Positions 30,032 to 40,153 of a stretch of DNA of 64,000 bases are shown one piece after another. This stretch comes from Candidatus Binatia bacterium. Lineage in GTDB: Bacteria; Desulfobacterota; Binatia; Bin18. Positions within the stretch are counted from its first letter, which is position 1. Each line of letters opens with the position of its first letter. The DNA is taken from positions 2,656,001 through 2,720,000 of the forward strand of contig OY761159.2 in the NCBI GenBank assembly GCA_963664395.2, in the 5' to 3' direction. The notes under the pieces were generated by a model. It was given only the letters and a program-made list of their open reading frames with translations, made no database searches and was not told the origin of the DNA. Made by a program: the position numbers and the translations under genes.

Positions 30032-30793
30032 ATGCGTATCAAAGACAAAGTTGCGCTGGTGACCGGCGGTAGTCGAGGCATAGGTCGGGCGATTTGCTTG
30101 CGCCTGGCTGAGGAGGGCGCGAAAGTCGCCATCGCCGATATCCTGGAAGACGAAGCCCGGAAAACGGCCGGCGATATCCTGGCCACAGGCGGGCAGGCAC
30201 AAGTGGTGAAGACCGATGTGACCCAACTCGATCAGGTCCGGGCCTGCGTCAGACAGGTGACGGATACGTGGGGAGCGATTGACGTGCTGGTGAATAATGC
30301 CGGTTGGGACAAGATAGAGCCCTTTCTCCAAAGCGAGCCCGAGACCTGGGATAAGGTGATCGCGATTAATCTGCGCGGTCCGATTAATTTTTGCCATACG
30401 GTGGCAGCCCAAATGGCTGAGCGCGGCCAGGGTAAGATCATCTCGATCAGCTCGGATGCCGGCCGGGTCGGCTCGACCGGAGAAGCGGTCTATTCCGCCT
30501 GTAAAGCCGGGATTATCGGCTTTTCCAAAACGCTGGCGCGTGAGCTGGCTCGTTCTCAGGTCAATGTCAACGTCGTGTGTCCCGGTCCCACGGATACGGC
30601 GTTGCTACAGCAGGTTTCGTTAGGGGAAAAGGGAGCCAAGATTATCAACGCCATGACCCGCGCGGTCCCGTTTCGTCGTTTGGGCCAACCCGAAGAAATT
30701 GCAAACGCAGTCGCGTTTTTTGCCTCGCCGGATGCGGATTTTGTGACAGGCCAGGTCTTGTCTGTCAGCGGTGGGCTGACCATGGCAGGCTAG
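30032..30793 (+). CDS. SDR oxidoreductase, BadH-like
   Basis: TGGSRGIG, NNAGWD, SSDAGRVGS, YSACK, CPGPTDT. Confidence 0.85.
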   Translation: MRIKDKVALVTGGSRGIGRAICLRLAEEGAKVAIADILEDEARKTAGDILATGGQAQVVKTDVTQLDQVRACVRQVTDTWGAIDVLVNNAGWDKIEPFLQSEPETWDKVIAINLRGPINFCHTVAAQMAERGQGKIISISSDAGRVGSTGEAVYSACKAGIIGFSKTLARELARSQVNVNVVCPGPTDTALLQQVSLGEKGAKIINAMTRAVPFRRLGQPEEIANAVAFFASPDADFVTGQVLSVSGGLTMAG

Positions 30794-30812
30794 AGCCGAA
30801 GGGAATACACGC

Positions 30813-31598
30813 GTGCGTTTTGCAAACAAAGTGGCTCTTATCACCGGTTCTTCGCGGGGCATAGGCCGGGCGATTGCCCTGCGACTGGCGTCTGAAGGGG
30901 CAAGGATTGTTGTGAATTACCGCCGGAATAGGGCCGAAGCGGAAGCGGTTGCCGACGAGATCAAAAAGCGTGGTTCTGAGGCGCTGCCGGTTCAGGCTGA
31001 CCTGAGTGACGGCGAGACGGTGCGGGCGATGTTTCAGCAGGTGAAAGAGACGTTCGGCTGTCTGGATATTTTGGTCGCCAATGCTGCGGCCACCGCCTTT
31101 CGGCCGCTGTTGCGCCAGGGCGAACACAATGTGACCCGGACCTTTGATCTCACCATTACCGGCACCCTGGTTGCCGTGCAGGAAGCGGTGCCCTTGATGG
31201 CCGGTCGCCAGGGAAAAATCGTCACCATATCCGGCATCGATTCCTTACGTATGCTGGCCGGCCACGGCTTGCTGGGTGCGGCCAAAGCCGCCTTGGAAAA
31301 CCTGACGATGTATCTGGCGCACGAACTCGGCCCGCGCGGGATTGCCGTCAACGGCATTAACCCCGGCCTGATTCAGACCGACTCGGCCAAAATGTACGCG
31401 GGCGGGCAGGCTGCCTATGCGCAGTATGAACGCGATGTCATTCCCCAGACACCGGCCGGGCGGACGGGCCGGCCGGAAGATATTGCCGCGGTGGCCGCCT
31501 TTCTGTGCTCCGAGGATGCCGATTTTATTCGCGGCCAGACCCTGCTCGTGGACGGTGGGTTGTTGTCCTCGTCTATTGCGAGTCGGGAGCGTGAATAG
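30813..31598 (+). CDS. SDR oxidoreductase, FabL-like
   Basis: TGSSRGIG, VANAA, KAALE.LT.YLA.ELGPRGI. Confidence 0.8.
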   Translation: MRFANKVALITGSSRGIGRAIALRLASEGARIVVNYRRNRAEAEAVADEIKKRGSEALPVQADLSDGETVRAMFQQVKETFGCLDILVANAAATAFRPLLRQGEHNVTRTFDLTITGTLVAVQEAVPLMAGRQGKIVTISGIDSLRMLAGHGLLGAAKAALENLTMYLAHELGPRGIAVNGINPGLIQTDSAKMYAGGQAAYAQYERDVIPQTPAGRTGRPEDIAAVAAFLCSEDADFIRGQTLLVDGGLLSSSIASRERE

Positions 31599-31658
31599 TA
31601 AGGAGAGATATCAAACTTCGCCCGAGTGATATGACTGGGAAAAGAGGAGGGCCGTCCT

Positions 31659-32198
31659 ATGGCTGAACACATCAAGGTCAAAATCAAACCACTCACCGCC
31701 GAAGCATTTGCGCCGTACGGTACAGTCCTGGAACGGAAAAAGCTGGTCTATCCCGAGGTCGAAGAAGGCAAGGTGGCCATGGAAATGCTGTCGTTTCAGT
31801 ATCGACCCAACGCCAGAATCATGGATCAAATGGCCATCCATTTTTCCTACAACCAGACCTTTATTCCCGTACAGGGTTCTCTGATTCTGGTCGTCGCCCC
31901 GCCCCCCGGCAGCCGTGAGGGAGGCCCTGAGGAATATACGCTTGATTATGACAACGTGGCAGCTTTTAATGTCGATCCCGGTCAGGCTGCCTTTATCTAT
32001 AAGGGCACGTGGCATAACGCGCTGACCCTGGGCAAAGAGTGCTCTTTTATCAATGTGACCCGCAAGAACGAGGGCGAAGGGAACAGTCCTGCCGGTGAGC
32101 TGGAGGGCAAGATCGAGCAGGCCCACGCCGTGCGGTCGTATGTCGAATTCGTGGACATGCAGAAGCGGGACGGGCGGGTGATTGAACTCGAAGTATAA
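31659..32198 (+). CDS. Ureidoglycolate lyase-like (AllA, cupin) protein
   Basis: PLTAEAFAPYG, H...QTFIP, GTWH. Confidence 0.65.
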   Translation: MAEHIKVKIKPLTAEAFAPYGTVLERKKLVYPEVEEGKVAMEMLSFQYRPNARIMDQMAIHFSYNQTFIPVQGSLILVVAPPPGSREGGPEEYTLDYDNVAAFNVDPGQAAFIYKGTWHNALTLGKECSFINVTRKNEGEGNSPAGELEGKIEQAHAVRSYVEFVDMQKRDGRVIELEV

Positions 32199-32208
32199 GG
32201 AGCGGCCC

Positions 32209-32496
32209 GTGACGTATAAGATCATCTCTGCCGACTCCCATATGTGCGAGCCGCCGACGCTGTGGGTGGACCGCATAGACAGACGGTTTCGCGACCAGGC
32301 ACCCCGGGTGGTCAAAGATCCCGGCGATAAAAAGGGCCACTTCTTCATGTGGTCCACCGATTATCCGCACCAGGCCTCAACCTTTCCGCACACCCAGGAG
32401 ACATTGGAGAAAGCCTTTCAGGATGTGCCGGAAGCAGATAAACACAAGATTACACGCGATAATGCGTCGAAGTTATATGGATTGCCAGTGGAGTAG
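32209..32496 (+). pseudogene. Amidohydrolase_2 remnant with a large in-frame internal deletion
   Basis: N-terminal IISADSHMCEPPTLW is joined directly to C-terminal MWSTDYPH...NASKLY in only 95 aa. Confidence 0.8.
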
Positions 32497-32501
32497 CGCG
32501 T

Positions 32502-33757
32502 ATGCAACACAACGGAAACGGCAGCAATGGAACCACTTTTTCCTGGCCGATAGAAGGCGGTGCGCGGGTGCCGTATCAGGTCTTTTATGATCCTGACATT
32601 TACACCCAGGAGCAGGACAAACTCTTCCGCGGCCCCATCTGGAATTATGTGGCGCTCGAAGCGGAAGTGGCGCAGCCGGGTGACTTCAAATCAACCTTTG
32701 TCGGCGATACGCCTATTGTGGTCACGCGTGACAAAGAGGGCGGCCTGAATGCGTTCGTGAATCGCTGCGCGCACCGGGGTGCCATGGTCTGCCGTGAACT
32801 GAACGGCAACCGGCCTGTCCGACCCATACCTGCATCTACCATCAGTGGAGCTATGATCTCAAAGGCAATCTGACTGGGGTGCCGTTCAAGAAAGGCATTG
32901 GTGGCGTCGGCGGCTATGGCGAGGATTTTGATCGGTCCGAACATTCGCTGCATAAACTCCGCGTCGCCGCGTATCACGGTCTGATCTTTGCCTCGTTCAG
33001 CCAAGACGTTGAACCGCTGGAGGACTATCTCAGTCCGCCCATGCGGGAATGGCTGGACCGTCTTTTTAATCGTCCCATCCAGGTCCTGGGTCACACCCGC
33101 CAATGGGTGAATGCCAACTGGAAGCTGTATTTTGAAAACGTCAAAGATCCGTATCACGCCAGCCTGCTGCACATGTTCCATGCCACGTTTGGCCTGTACC
33201 GTTCGTCGCAAGAAGGCGGGGTCATTATGGACGCCCACTCGCGCCACGACGTGCTGCACGCCAAGCCGCGGGCCGAGGAAGATTTATCGGCCTATGAATC
33301 CGGGCTGCACAGTTATCAAAAGGGCTATCAGCTCGCTGACCCGTCCGTGCTCAAAGGGCGGCCCGAGTTTGACGGCCTCTTTATCCAAACCATCTTCCCC
33401 TGCCTTATTGTTCAGCAGATTGCCAACACGCTGGCCGTCAGGCAGGTACTGCCCAAAGCGCCGGATCGGTTTGAGTTGATCTTTACGTATTTCGGCTATG
33501 AAGACGACGACGCGGAAATGCGTGAGATTCGTCTGAAACAGGCTAACTTGGTTGGTCCGGCCGGCCTGATTTCCATGGAAGACGGCTATGCCGCCGAGAT
33601 TGTCCAGCAATCGGTGACCGGTGATCAGAGCGCGACCTCATTTGTTGAAATGGGGGGAACCGAGGTCGCCGACGAACAAAGCCTGATTACGGAAACCGCC
33701 ATCCGTGGGTTTTGGGGCTATTATCGCGACACCATGGGCTTTCACGCTGGCGCGTAA
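32502..33757 (+). pseudogene. Ring-hydroxylating oxygenase alpha subunit (salicylate/anthranilate group), frameshifted near 32815
   Basis: Rieske halves NRCAHRG and CIYHQWSY are in different frames; catalytic ENVKDPYHASLLH and MEDG are present. Confidence 0.8.
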
Positions 33758-33775
33758 GCGGGGAGGGTGAGGGCC

Positions 33776-34270
33776 ATGAGTGGCATGAGCGCTATTGAAA
33801 CCCGTTTTGCGGTCGAAGACCTGTTGTACGCCTATGTGGCCTGTCTGGATCATGACGAACTCGAAGACTGGCCAAACTTTTTTGTCGAAGAGTGCCTGTA
33901 TCAAGTTATTCCCTATGAGAATGCGTCGCAGGACCTGCCCATCTCGCTGATCTATTGTGACAGCCGAGGCATGTTGCAGGACCGGGTGACCGCCTACCGC
34001 ACGGCCAATTATTATGCGCCCCATCTGTACCGCCACGTGGTCAGCGGGGTGCGGATCCTCGGTGAAGACAACGGCGTGATTACGGCCCATGCCAACTACG
34101 TGGTGCTCCAGACCCACCTGGACCCGGTCGATTACGGCAGCACCGAGGTGTATAGCGCCGGCGAGTATCGAGACAAAGTGATCATCAACGACGGGGTTGC
34201 CAAGTTAAAAGAGAAAATCGTTGTGGTTGACACCAGTCGGATTTCGTCGCTGCTGGCGACGCCGCTGTAA
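33776..34270 (+). CDS. Ring-hydroxylating oxygenase beta subunit
   Basis: WPNFF.E.C.Y, CDSRGMLQDRV, GEYRD, LATPL; exact start uncertain. Confidence 0.85.
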   Translation: MSGMSAIETRFAVEDLLYAYVACLDHDELEDWPNFFVEECLYQVIPYENASQDLPISLIYCDSRGMLQDRVTAYRTANYYAPHLYRHVVSGVRILGEDNGVITAHANYVVLQTHLDPVDYGSTEVYSAGEYRDKVIINDGVAKLKEKIVVVDTSRISSLLATPL

Positions 34271-34285
34271 GGGGCCTGCCCGCGG

Positions 34286-34990
34286 CTACTCAAACTCCTG
34301 CGCCTCTGCGTCGGTAGTTCGGGGAGAATGGTGTACCGCCCGCTTTCCGGCTCCCCAGACGATGGCCACTGAGAGCACGCTCCACAGTCCGGCCCAGATA
34401 AAAGCCGGCACCGCAGTCAGCTCTGCCAGAATGACCGCGTCTGTCCGTGCGCCGATAAAGAGGAAATCCGTGAGGTCATACACGGCGTACAGCGAACTCG
34501 TGACCGCCAGGATGTCCACGATATAGTGCGTACCCGGAAAGGGCCGGCGCGAGAGTAAAGCAAAGGTCAGGGCGGTCCCGCAGCCAAACAGCAGCCCAAA
34601 GCCATTGCGCACAAAAACGAGCGTCACCAGCCCAAAGAAAACGGCCAGTCCAAAGAAGATCACCGAAGCCCACTCGTCCCGGGTTGAGAGCAGGAGCAGC
34701 AGGCCGCCAAAAAGCGCACTGCCGATATAGCCGGCCGCGGCAATGAACAGCGAGTTGCCACCGATATGCTGGACATAGCCCGACTGCCACGGTGTGACCA
34801 CCATGGAGACCACCTGTCCGCCGGTGAGCAGCGTGGTGAAGGCATGGCCCGCTTCGTGGATAAAGACCACGAAAATTTTAATCGGATAGAGAAACGGCGT
34901 ATGCCAGAAGAGGAGTGACACAAAACCGATGGTGAGGAAAACCAGCAGTTGGCGCAGGTTCAGTGGTCGGCGGTGTTGACTGTCGGGCAT
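34286..34990 (-). CDS. M50B-family membrane metallopeptidase
   Basis: HEAGH, AGYIG, multiple transmembrane segments, TDAVILA. Confidence 0.8.
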   Translation of the reverse strand: MPDSQHRRPLNLRQLLVFLTIGFVSLLFWHTPFLYPIKIFVVFIHEAGHAFTTLLTGGQVVSMVVTPWQSGYVQHIGGNSLFIAAAGYIGSALFGGLLLLLSTRDEWASVIFFGLAVFFGLVTLVFVRNGFGLLFGCGTALTFALLSRRPFPGTHYIVDILAVTSSLYAVYDLTDFLFIGARTDAVILAELTAVPAFIWAGLWSVLSVAIVWGAGKRAVHHSPRTTDAEAQEFE

Positions 34991-35158
34991 CGGGCTGTCG
35001 TTCCCCAGCGGTTCTCGGAGAGAATTCCTTTGATATAGCCTGAGGAGAGGTCCGCCGCTAGTGATGGACACACTCCACACATGCCCACTGACCAGATCGA
35101 CTTTGCGGTCTGACACGGATATATCAGGGAAATCTCGGGGACGGCAGAAAGGACCAGT

Positions 35159-36025
35159 ATGGACTACGGAATTATCTTGCCTCACTTCAGCGCCTTTGCG
35201 CATGAAAACTCGGCTGAGCGGATTTTGACCGCGGCCACCACCGCGGAAGCGCTCGGCTATGGGACGCTGTGGGTGGCTGACCACGTTGTCTTTCCATCCA
35301 AGATTGAAGGGAGTTATGCCTTTAATCCCGAAGATCCCTTCCTCGACCCGCTGACCGTCCTGGCGGCCCTGGCGTATAAGACGACAACAGTCAAACTCGG
35401 TACCGCCGTCCTGATTCTTCCGTACCGGCATCCCTTGGCCGCAGCAAAGGCACTTGCCACCATTGATGTCTTATCCGGTGGGCGTACGGTTGTCGGCGTG
35501 GGGGCGGGCTGGTTGGAACAGGAATTTACCGCCTTGGGCATGTCGATCAAAGAGCGTGGAGCCCGCACGAACGAGACCATGGATATCTTTAAGGCGGTCT
35601 GGACGCAGGAAACGCCGGCGTTTAGCGGCAAGTATTTTCAGTTCGCGGATATTAAATTCCTTCCCAAGCCGGTTCAGCAGCCGCATCCGCCCATTCTTGT
35701 CGGGGGGATGACCACCGGCGCACTGCGACGCATAGCGCGTCGCGGCGACGGCTGGATTGCCATGGGTAAGGGACCGGATGATATCAAAGAGCCTTTGGAA
35801 AAGTTGCGTGAATTGACCGCCCAGGCCGGCCGCAACCCGGACGATTTACAGATTTGTATGCTACCGCTTGGTGCGCCGAGCGTGGATCAGTTGATCCAGG
35901 ACATTCCGCGTTACGCAGACTTGGGGGTGCATCATGTGTATCTGTCGTTCCGCGCCTGGACGGATGAGTTTTCCGAACTCATGCGCCTCATGGAACACTT
36001 TGCGACGGAAATGCAGTTGGCCTAG
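35159..36025 (+). CDS. LLM-class, probably F420-dependent, oxidoreductase
   Basis: LWVADHVV, DPLTVLAALA, LGTAVLILPYRHP, PKPVQQPHPPI. Confidence 0.88.
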   Translation: MDYGIILPHFSAFAHENSAERILTAATTAEALGYGTLWVADHVVFPSKIEGSYAFNPEDPFLDPLTVLAALAYKTTTVKLGTAVLILPYRHPLAAAKALATIDVLSGGRTVVGVGAGWLEQEFTALGMSIKERGARTNETMDIFKAVWTQETPAFSGKYFQFADIKFLPKPVQQPHPPILVGGMTTGALRRIARRGDGWIAMGKGPDDIKEPLEKLRELTAQAGRNPDDLQICMLPLGAPSVDQLIQDIPRYADLGVHHVYLSFRAWTDEFSELMRLMEHFATEMQLA

Positions 36026-36043
36026 TACGGAGAAGGAGAAACC

Positions 36044-36760
36044 ATGAGTGACCAACCTGTGAGTGACCAACCTGTGAGTGATAAAAAGTGGCCCGTTGAA
36101 CATCCTGACCGCATTCAACTCTATTCGCTGGCAACCCCGAACGGCCAGAAGGCAGGTATCGCCCTGGAAGAATTGGGGCTGGCGTATGAAGCCCATAAGG
36201 TGAATATCCTGGAGGACGATCAGTTCGCCGATGAGTTCATCGCGGTGTGTCCGAACTCGAAAATTCCAGCCATGGTTGACCCCAACGGGCCGGGCGGGAA
36301 ACCGCTGTCCATCTTTGAGTCCGGGGCCATGTTGTTATACCTGGCGGAGAAGACCGGCAAGCTGCTGCCGTCTGATCCACACCGGCGCAGCGAATGTATC
36401 CAATGGTTGTTCTTTCAAATGGCTGGTGTCGGACCCATGTTTGGGCAGTTCGGCCACTTCTACAAATTCGCCAAAGAGAGAATTTCGTATCCCACCGAGC
36501 GCTATACCAATGAAGCCCGGCGACTCCTGGGCGTGCTGGAAAAACGCCTGGAAGGCCGAGCGTTTTTGATGGATGCCGAATACACAATTGCTGATATTGC
36601 GACCTTCCCGTGGGTCGGCTGCCTCGACTGGGGTTATGGGGCGCGTGAGGATTTGAAGCTCGACGCGGACTTCCCACACGTTGTTGCCTGGTATGCACGC
36701 TGCACAGAGAAGCCGGCTTCGGTGCGGGGTGCCAAGGTATGCGGCTTTTCGGACGACTAG
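36044..36760 (+). CDS. Glutathione S-transferase, YfcG/YghU-like
   Basis: TPNGQK, PNSKIPA, FESGA, QWLFFQM.GVGPMFGQ, YTIADIA. Confidence 0.9.
   Translation: MSDQPVSDQPVSDKKWPVEHPDRIQLYSLATPNGQKAGIALEELGLAYEAHKVNILEDDQFADEFIAVCPNSKIPAMVDPNGPGGKPLSIFESGAMLLYLAEKTGKLLPSDPHRRSECIQWLFFQMAGVGPMFGQFGHFYKFAKERISYPTERYTNEARRLLGVLEKRLEGRAFLMDAEYTIADIATFPWVGCLDWGYGAREDLKLDADFPHVVAWYARCTEKPASVRGAKVCGFSDD
36045..36081. repeat. 15-bp in-frame tandem repeat at the GST start
   Basis: TGAGTGACCAACCTG x2 plus TGAGTGA, encoding SDQPV SDQPV SD. Confidence 0.85.
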
Positions 36761-36764
36761 ACGT

Positions 36765-36953
36765 ATGGAAACAGACAGCGGACCTGACCTTGTAGTTGAT
36801 ATCTTTGTTGACGGGCGGCTGGTAAACCCGAGTGAGATTCCGGCCGTGGCTGTCCGCAAGATTGAAACGTCGGCCTTAGCCTCCGAGTCCGGCACGCTGA
36901 GGTATGAAGACGTTGTGTACGAGTGGTCTACGCGGCCGTGTGTGTACCCGTAG
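36765..36953 (+). CDS. Small hypothetical protein (62 aa)
   Basis: ORF METDSGPD... exactly fills the gap between co-oriented genes. Confidence 0.45.
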   Translation: METDSGPDLVVDIFVDGRLVNPSEIPAVAVRKIETSALASESGTLRYEDVVYEWSTRPCVYP

Positions 36954-36976
36954 CTGCCATGTGGTGAGGAAGAGCC

Positions 36977-37426
36977 ATGCGAAAAAATCTACGTCCCGAA
37001 GACCTTGGCGATTTCTTGGATCAGCCCAAGTGTGCGACCCTGGCGACGCATTTCAAAGACGGGACGATCCTGATGTCACCCGTCTGGCACGAGTGGCAAG
37101 ACGGTGGGTTTACGGTTGCGGTGGCGAGCGAGGATATTAAGACTCGTCACATTCGGCGCGATGCGAAGGTGAGTATCAGTGTGGCCGAAGATAGCGCTCC
37201 TTACCGAGGTATTGAGGTGCGTGGGGCGGCAACCATCGAGCGGGCGGACGCGCTGGAAACCACTCGTCGTATCGCCGTGCGCTATCTGGGACCCCAGCAG
37301 GGGTCGTCCTATGTCGAGGCCTTCCGCGAGGCTGACTTGGTGCTGATCCGAGTCAAACCGGGCGTACTGCGGGCCTGGGATTTTGCTGACGAGACAGAGT
37401 TAAGCCACGACCCGCCGGGCGGCTGA
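36977..37426 (+). CDS. PPOX-class (pyridoxamine 5'-phosphate oxidase-like) protein, possibly F420-dependent
   Basis: ATLAT..KDG...SPVW, K.RHIRRD.KVSI.V, GIEVRG.A. Confidence 0.8.
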   Translation: MRKNLRPEDLGDFLDQPKCATLATHFKDGTILMSPVWHEWQDGGFTVAVASEDIKTRHIRRDAKVSISVAEDSAPYRGIEVRGAATIERADALETTRRIAVRYLGPQQGSSYVEAFREADLVLIRVKPGVLRAWDFADETELSHDPPGG

Positions 37427-37458
37427 GCGTAGCCTCAGCCGACACCCCAGCGCTTGTC

Positions 37459-38895
37459 TTACTTTGCCACTGATGCGCTGGCCGCTGGGTGACTGCTTGG
37501 CACGCTCCGGCCCGTACCTGTCACGGCGTCGAGCAAGGATTGTCTATGCAGGGCCGCCGGATGCGGCCTGCTGAGCCTTGGCCCTTTGCCGTACAGCTTC
37601 TCGCGCAAGGTGCCTTCCTGATATTCCTTTTGCATACGACCGCGCTTTTGCAGGACGGGAACAACACCGTCGACAAACTCCTCAAACGAACCCGGCGTGG
37701 TGGCATAGGCCAGGTTAAACCCGTCCACCCCAGCGTCTATCCAGTCCTCGAACTGATCGGCAATGCTCTCGGGCGTACCCACCAGAACCGGACCGGCGCC
37801 ACCAATGCCGACATATCTGGCGAGGTCTCGCATGGTCCATTTACGAGTGGGATCTCCCTCAGTAAAGCTGTGCACCATGGTACGGATTGCATTTGTCTCG
37901 ATATACTCAAGCGGCTGATCCGGTTCAAATTGTCCAAAGTCGATGCCGCTCCAGCCACTCAATAGGGCCAGCCCGCCGTCATAGCTGCACTGCTCAAAAT
38001 ACTCTTCATAGCGTCGTTTGGCCGCGGCTTCGGTCTCACCCGTGATCACTTTCATATAGGCAAAACACAGGATGTCCTCTGGGTTCCTGCCGTTCTTGCG
38101 AGCGATCTTGCGGATATCCTTAATATACTGGCCATCGACCTCAGGCTTTGAGCCAATGACAAAAACAGCTTCCGCATGCTGCGCTGCAAAGGCACGACCA
38201 CGATCTGAGGCACCAGCCTGAAACAAGACGGGCGTCCGTTGCGGGGAGGGTTCGGCCAGGTGGCAGCCCTCGACCTTATAGTATTTACCTTCATGCAGGA
38301 CATCGTGGACTTTGGTTGGGTCGGCGTAGATACCGCGCGCGACATCTTTGAGTACCGCGTCATCTTCCCAGCTCGTTTCCCACAGTTTGTAACACACGTC
38401 GCAATACTCATCCGCCATATCGTAGCGCTCATCATGATCGGCTAAACCGGCCTGGCCGTAGTTTCGGCCTGCGCTTTCGAGATAGGAGGTTACGATATTC
38501 CAAGCTATCCGGCCTTTGGTGAGATGGTCCAAGGTGGAGATGAGGCGAGCAAAAGTGAACGGGTGGTTTTGGATGATAGAACTCGTAAAACCAAAGCCGA
38601 TATTTTCTGTGGCATAGGCCATGGCGGGGATGAGCAGCATGGGGTCGTTGACCGGTATCTGGGCGGCTTCGGTCAGCGCGGCATCCCGGTTGCCTCGAAA
38701 CACATCGTACACACCGAGCACGTCGGCCAGGAATATGGCGTCGAACTTCCCCCGCTCCACCAGCTTGGCGAATTCGACCCACTGGTTGAGATCGGTGTAC
38801 TCGGTCATATGGTCATCGTCGCGCACCCATAGACCAGGGGACTGATGGACCACACAGTTCATATGAAAGGCGTTGAAATAGATGCGTCTCTTCAT
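37459..38895 (-). CDS. NtaA/DszA/SnaA-family FMN-dependent monooxygenase (LLM)
   Basis: FDAIFLADVLG, STLDHLTKGRIAWNIVTS, PSPQRTPVLFQAGAS.RG, VVPVLQKRG, GTLREKL. Confidence 0.9.
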   Translation of the reverse strand: MKRRIYFNAFHMNCVVHQSPGLWVRDDDHMTEYTDLNQWVEFAKLVERGKFDAIFLADVLGVYDVFRGNRDAALTEAAQIPVNDPMLLIPAMAYATENIGFGFTSSIIQNHPFTFARLISTLDHLTKGRIAWNIVTSYLESAGRNYGQAGLADHDERYDMADEYCDVCYKLWETSWEDDAVLKDVARGIYADPTKVHDVLHEGKYYKVEGCHLAEPSPQRTPVLFQAGASDRGRAFAAQHAEAVFVIGSKPEVDGQYIKDIRKIARKNGRNPEDILCFAYMKVITGETEAAAKRRYEEYFEQCSYDGGLALLSGWSGIDFGQFEPDQPLEYIETNAIRTMVHSFTEGDPTRKWTMRDLARYVGIGGAGPVLVGTPESIADQFEDWIDAGVDGFNLAYATTPGSFEEFVDGVVPVLQKRGRMQKEYQEGTLREKLYGKGPRLSRPHPAALHRQSLLDAVTGTGRSVPSSHPAASASVAK

Positions 38896-39091
38896 GGATT
38901 CTCTCCTTATAGAAAGCCGAAAAGCTGGACGGCGGGTTTCCCGCTCAGACTCCCGGATAGCAGAACACAAAATCAGAGGAAGGATGGAAGTGTCAAGTAG
39001 AGGAAGCCGCCTTGCCATATGAGGCGGGCGGGCGATATGATTCACGATCAAATCTGGGGCGGCACCTGCTCACAGCTTGGAAGGAAAACGT

Positions 39092-40111
39092 ATGGTGAGA
39101 GTTACAGCACCGGCTACCGGTGATACTGGCAGTGTGGGTCGGCTCAACTACCTCGACTCATCTCTTCACAGTTCGCTCTACCGCAACGGCAAAGTGCTCC
39201 TCCGCCGCGATGCGGACGGCAGCGACAGCGGCATGGAGGGGATCGTCTTTGATGAGCGCCAGATGACGGTCCACAACGCCCGATTGCTAGCGGAAAAGGA
39301 TGGGCAGAATGGAAAGGCGCCCCGCAGCCTTGAAGCAAACGGTTTTGAACTGCTGAGCTGCCCCCTTGCGCGTCCGGACCCCGACTTCTTCGATCATCAG
39401 GAAGTCGTTCAGGACTACTACCGCGAATGCGCCCAGATCGTCAGCGCGGCGACCGGGGCGGCCTCCGTCATGGCCTTTGACCATAATGTCCGGTCAGCCG
39501 CGGGCAAGCACAGCCAACGACGCATTCGCGGCGGGCAGCAGGTACAGGGCCCGGCCTCTATCGCCCATGGGGATTATACCCTGCGGAGCGCGCCGGAGCG
39601 GTTGCAACAACTCGCCCAACCGCCCGGTGGTAACGATACGCTGCGCTCGGTGCTCGACCAGGGACAGCCGCTCATTGAGCCAGAAAAGGCAGACCAAGCG
39701 CTCGCTACGGACGGACGCTTCGCAATCATCAATGTATGGCGCAATATCGCCGCGGAGCCGGTCGCGACCCATCCCCTCGCGTTATGTGACGCGCAGAGCG
39801 TGCATCCCGAAGACCTGGTGGTATTCGAGATTCACTATCAGGACCGGGTGGGCGAGAACTATTTTTCTAAGCACGCGTCACGCCACCAGTGGTATTACTA
39901 CCCGACGATGACCCGCGATGAGGCCCTGCTGATCAAGCAGTGGGATTCGGCCGGGTCGCTCGCCCGTTCAGAGGGCCATCAAGCCGATAGTGACGACACG
40001 CAAGCGCCGTGCACTTTCAGCTTTCACACCGCCTTCCAGGACCCGTCTACACCCCCCGAGGCGCCCGAGCGCTGGAGCATTGAGGTCCGCTGTGTCGCCC
40101 TGTACGACTGA
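39092..40111 (+). CDS. CmcJ/NvfI-family oxidoreductase
   Basis: VHNAR, FDHNVR, AHGDYT, INVWR, PLALCDA, HTAF.DP, R.SIEVR. Confidence 0.8.
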   Translation: MVRVTAPATGDTGSVGRLNYLDSSLHSSLYRNGKVLLRRDADGSDSGMEGIVFDERQMTVHNARLLAEKDGQNGKAPRSLEANGFELLSCPLARPDPDFFDHQEVVQDYYRECAQIVSAATGAASVMAFDHNVRSAAGKHSQRRIRGGQQVQGPASIAHGDYTLRSAPERLQQLAQPPGGNDTLRSVLDQGQPLIEPEKADQALATDGRFAIINVWRNIAAEPVATHPLALCDAQSVHPEDLVVFEIHYQDRVGENYFSKHASRHQWYYYPTMTRDEALLIKQWDSAGSLARSEGHQADSDDTQAPCTFSFHTAFQDPSTPPEAPERWSIEVRCVALYD

Positions 40112-40153
40112 ACTGCGGCAGATGAGAACGGACTGCGAAGAGACAGGCCGCTC

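Noticed and set aside
34991-35431. N-terminal extensions in the ORF track (M50 peptidase; also leuD, the NtaA-like gene, ugd, tcmP, 44547 and 59818)
   Set aside because: They overlap neighbouring genes or terminators; downstream starts with an RBS and family-typical N-termini fit better
36045-36081. 15-bp repeat as a functional switch
   Set aside because: In-frame and N-terminal; it only adds five residues
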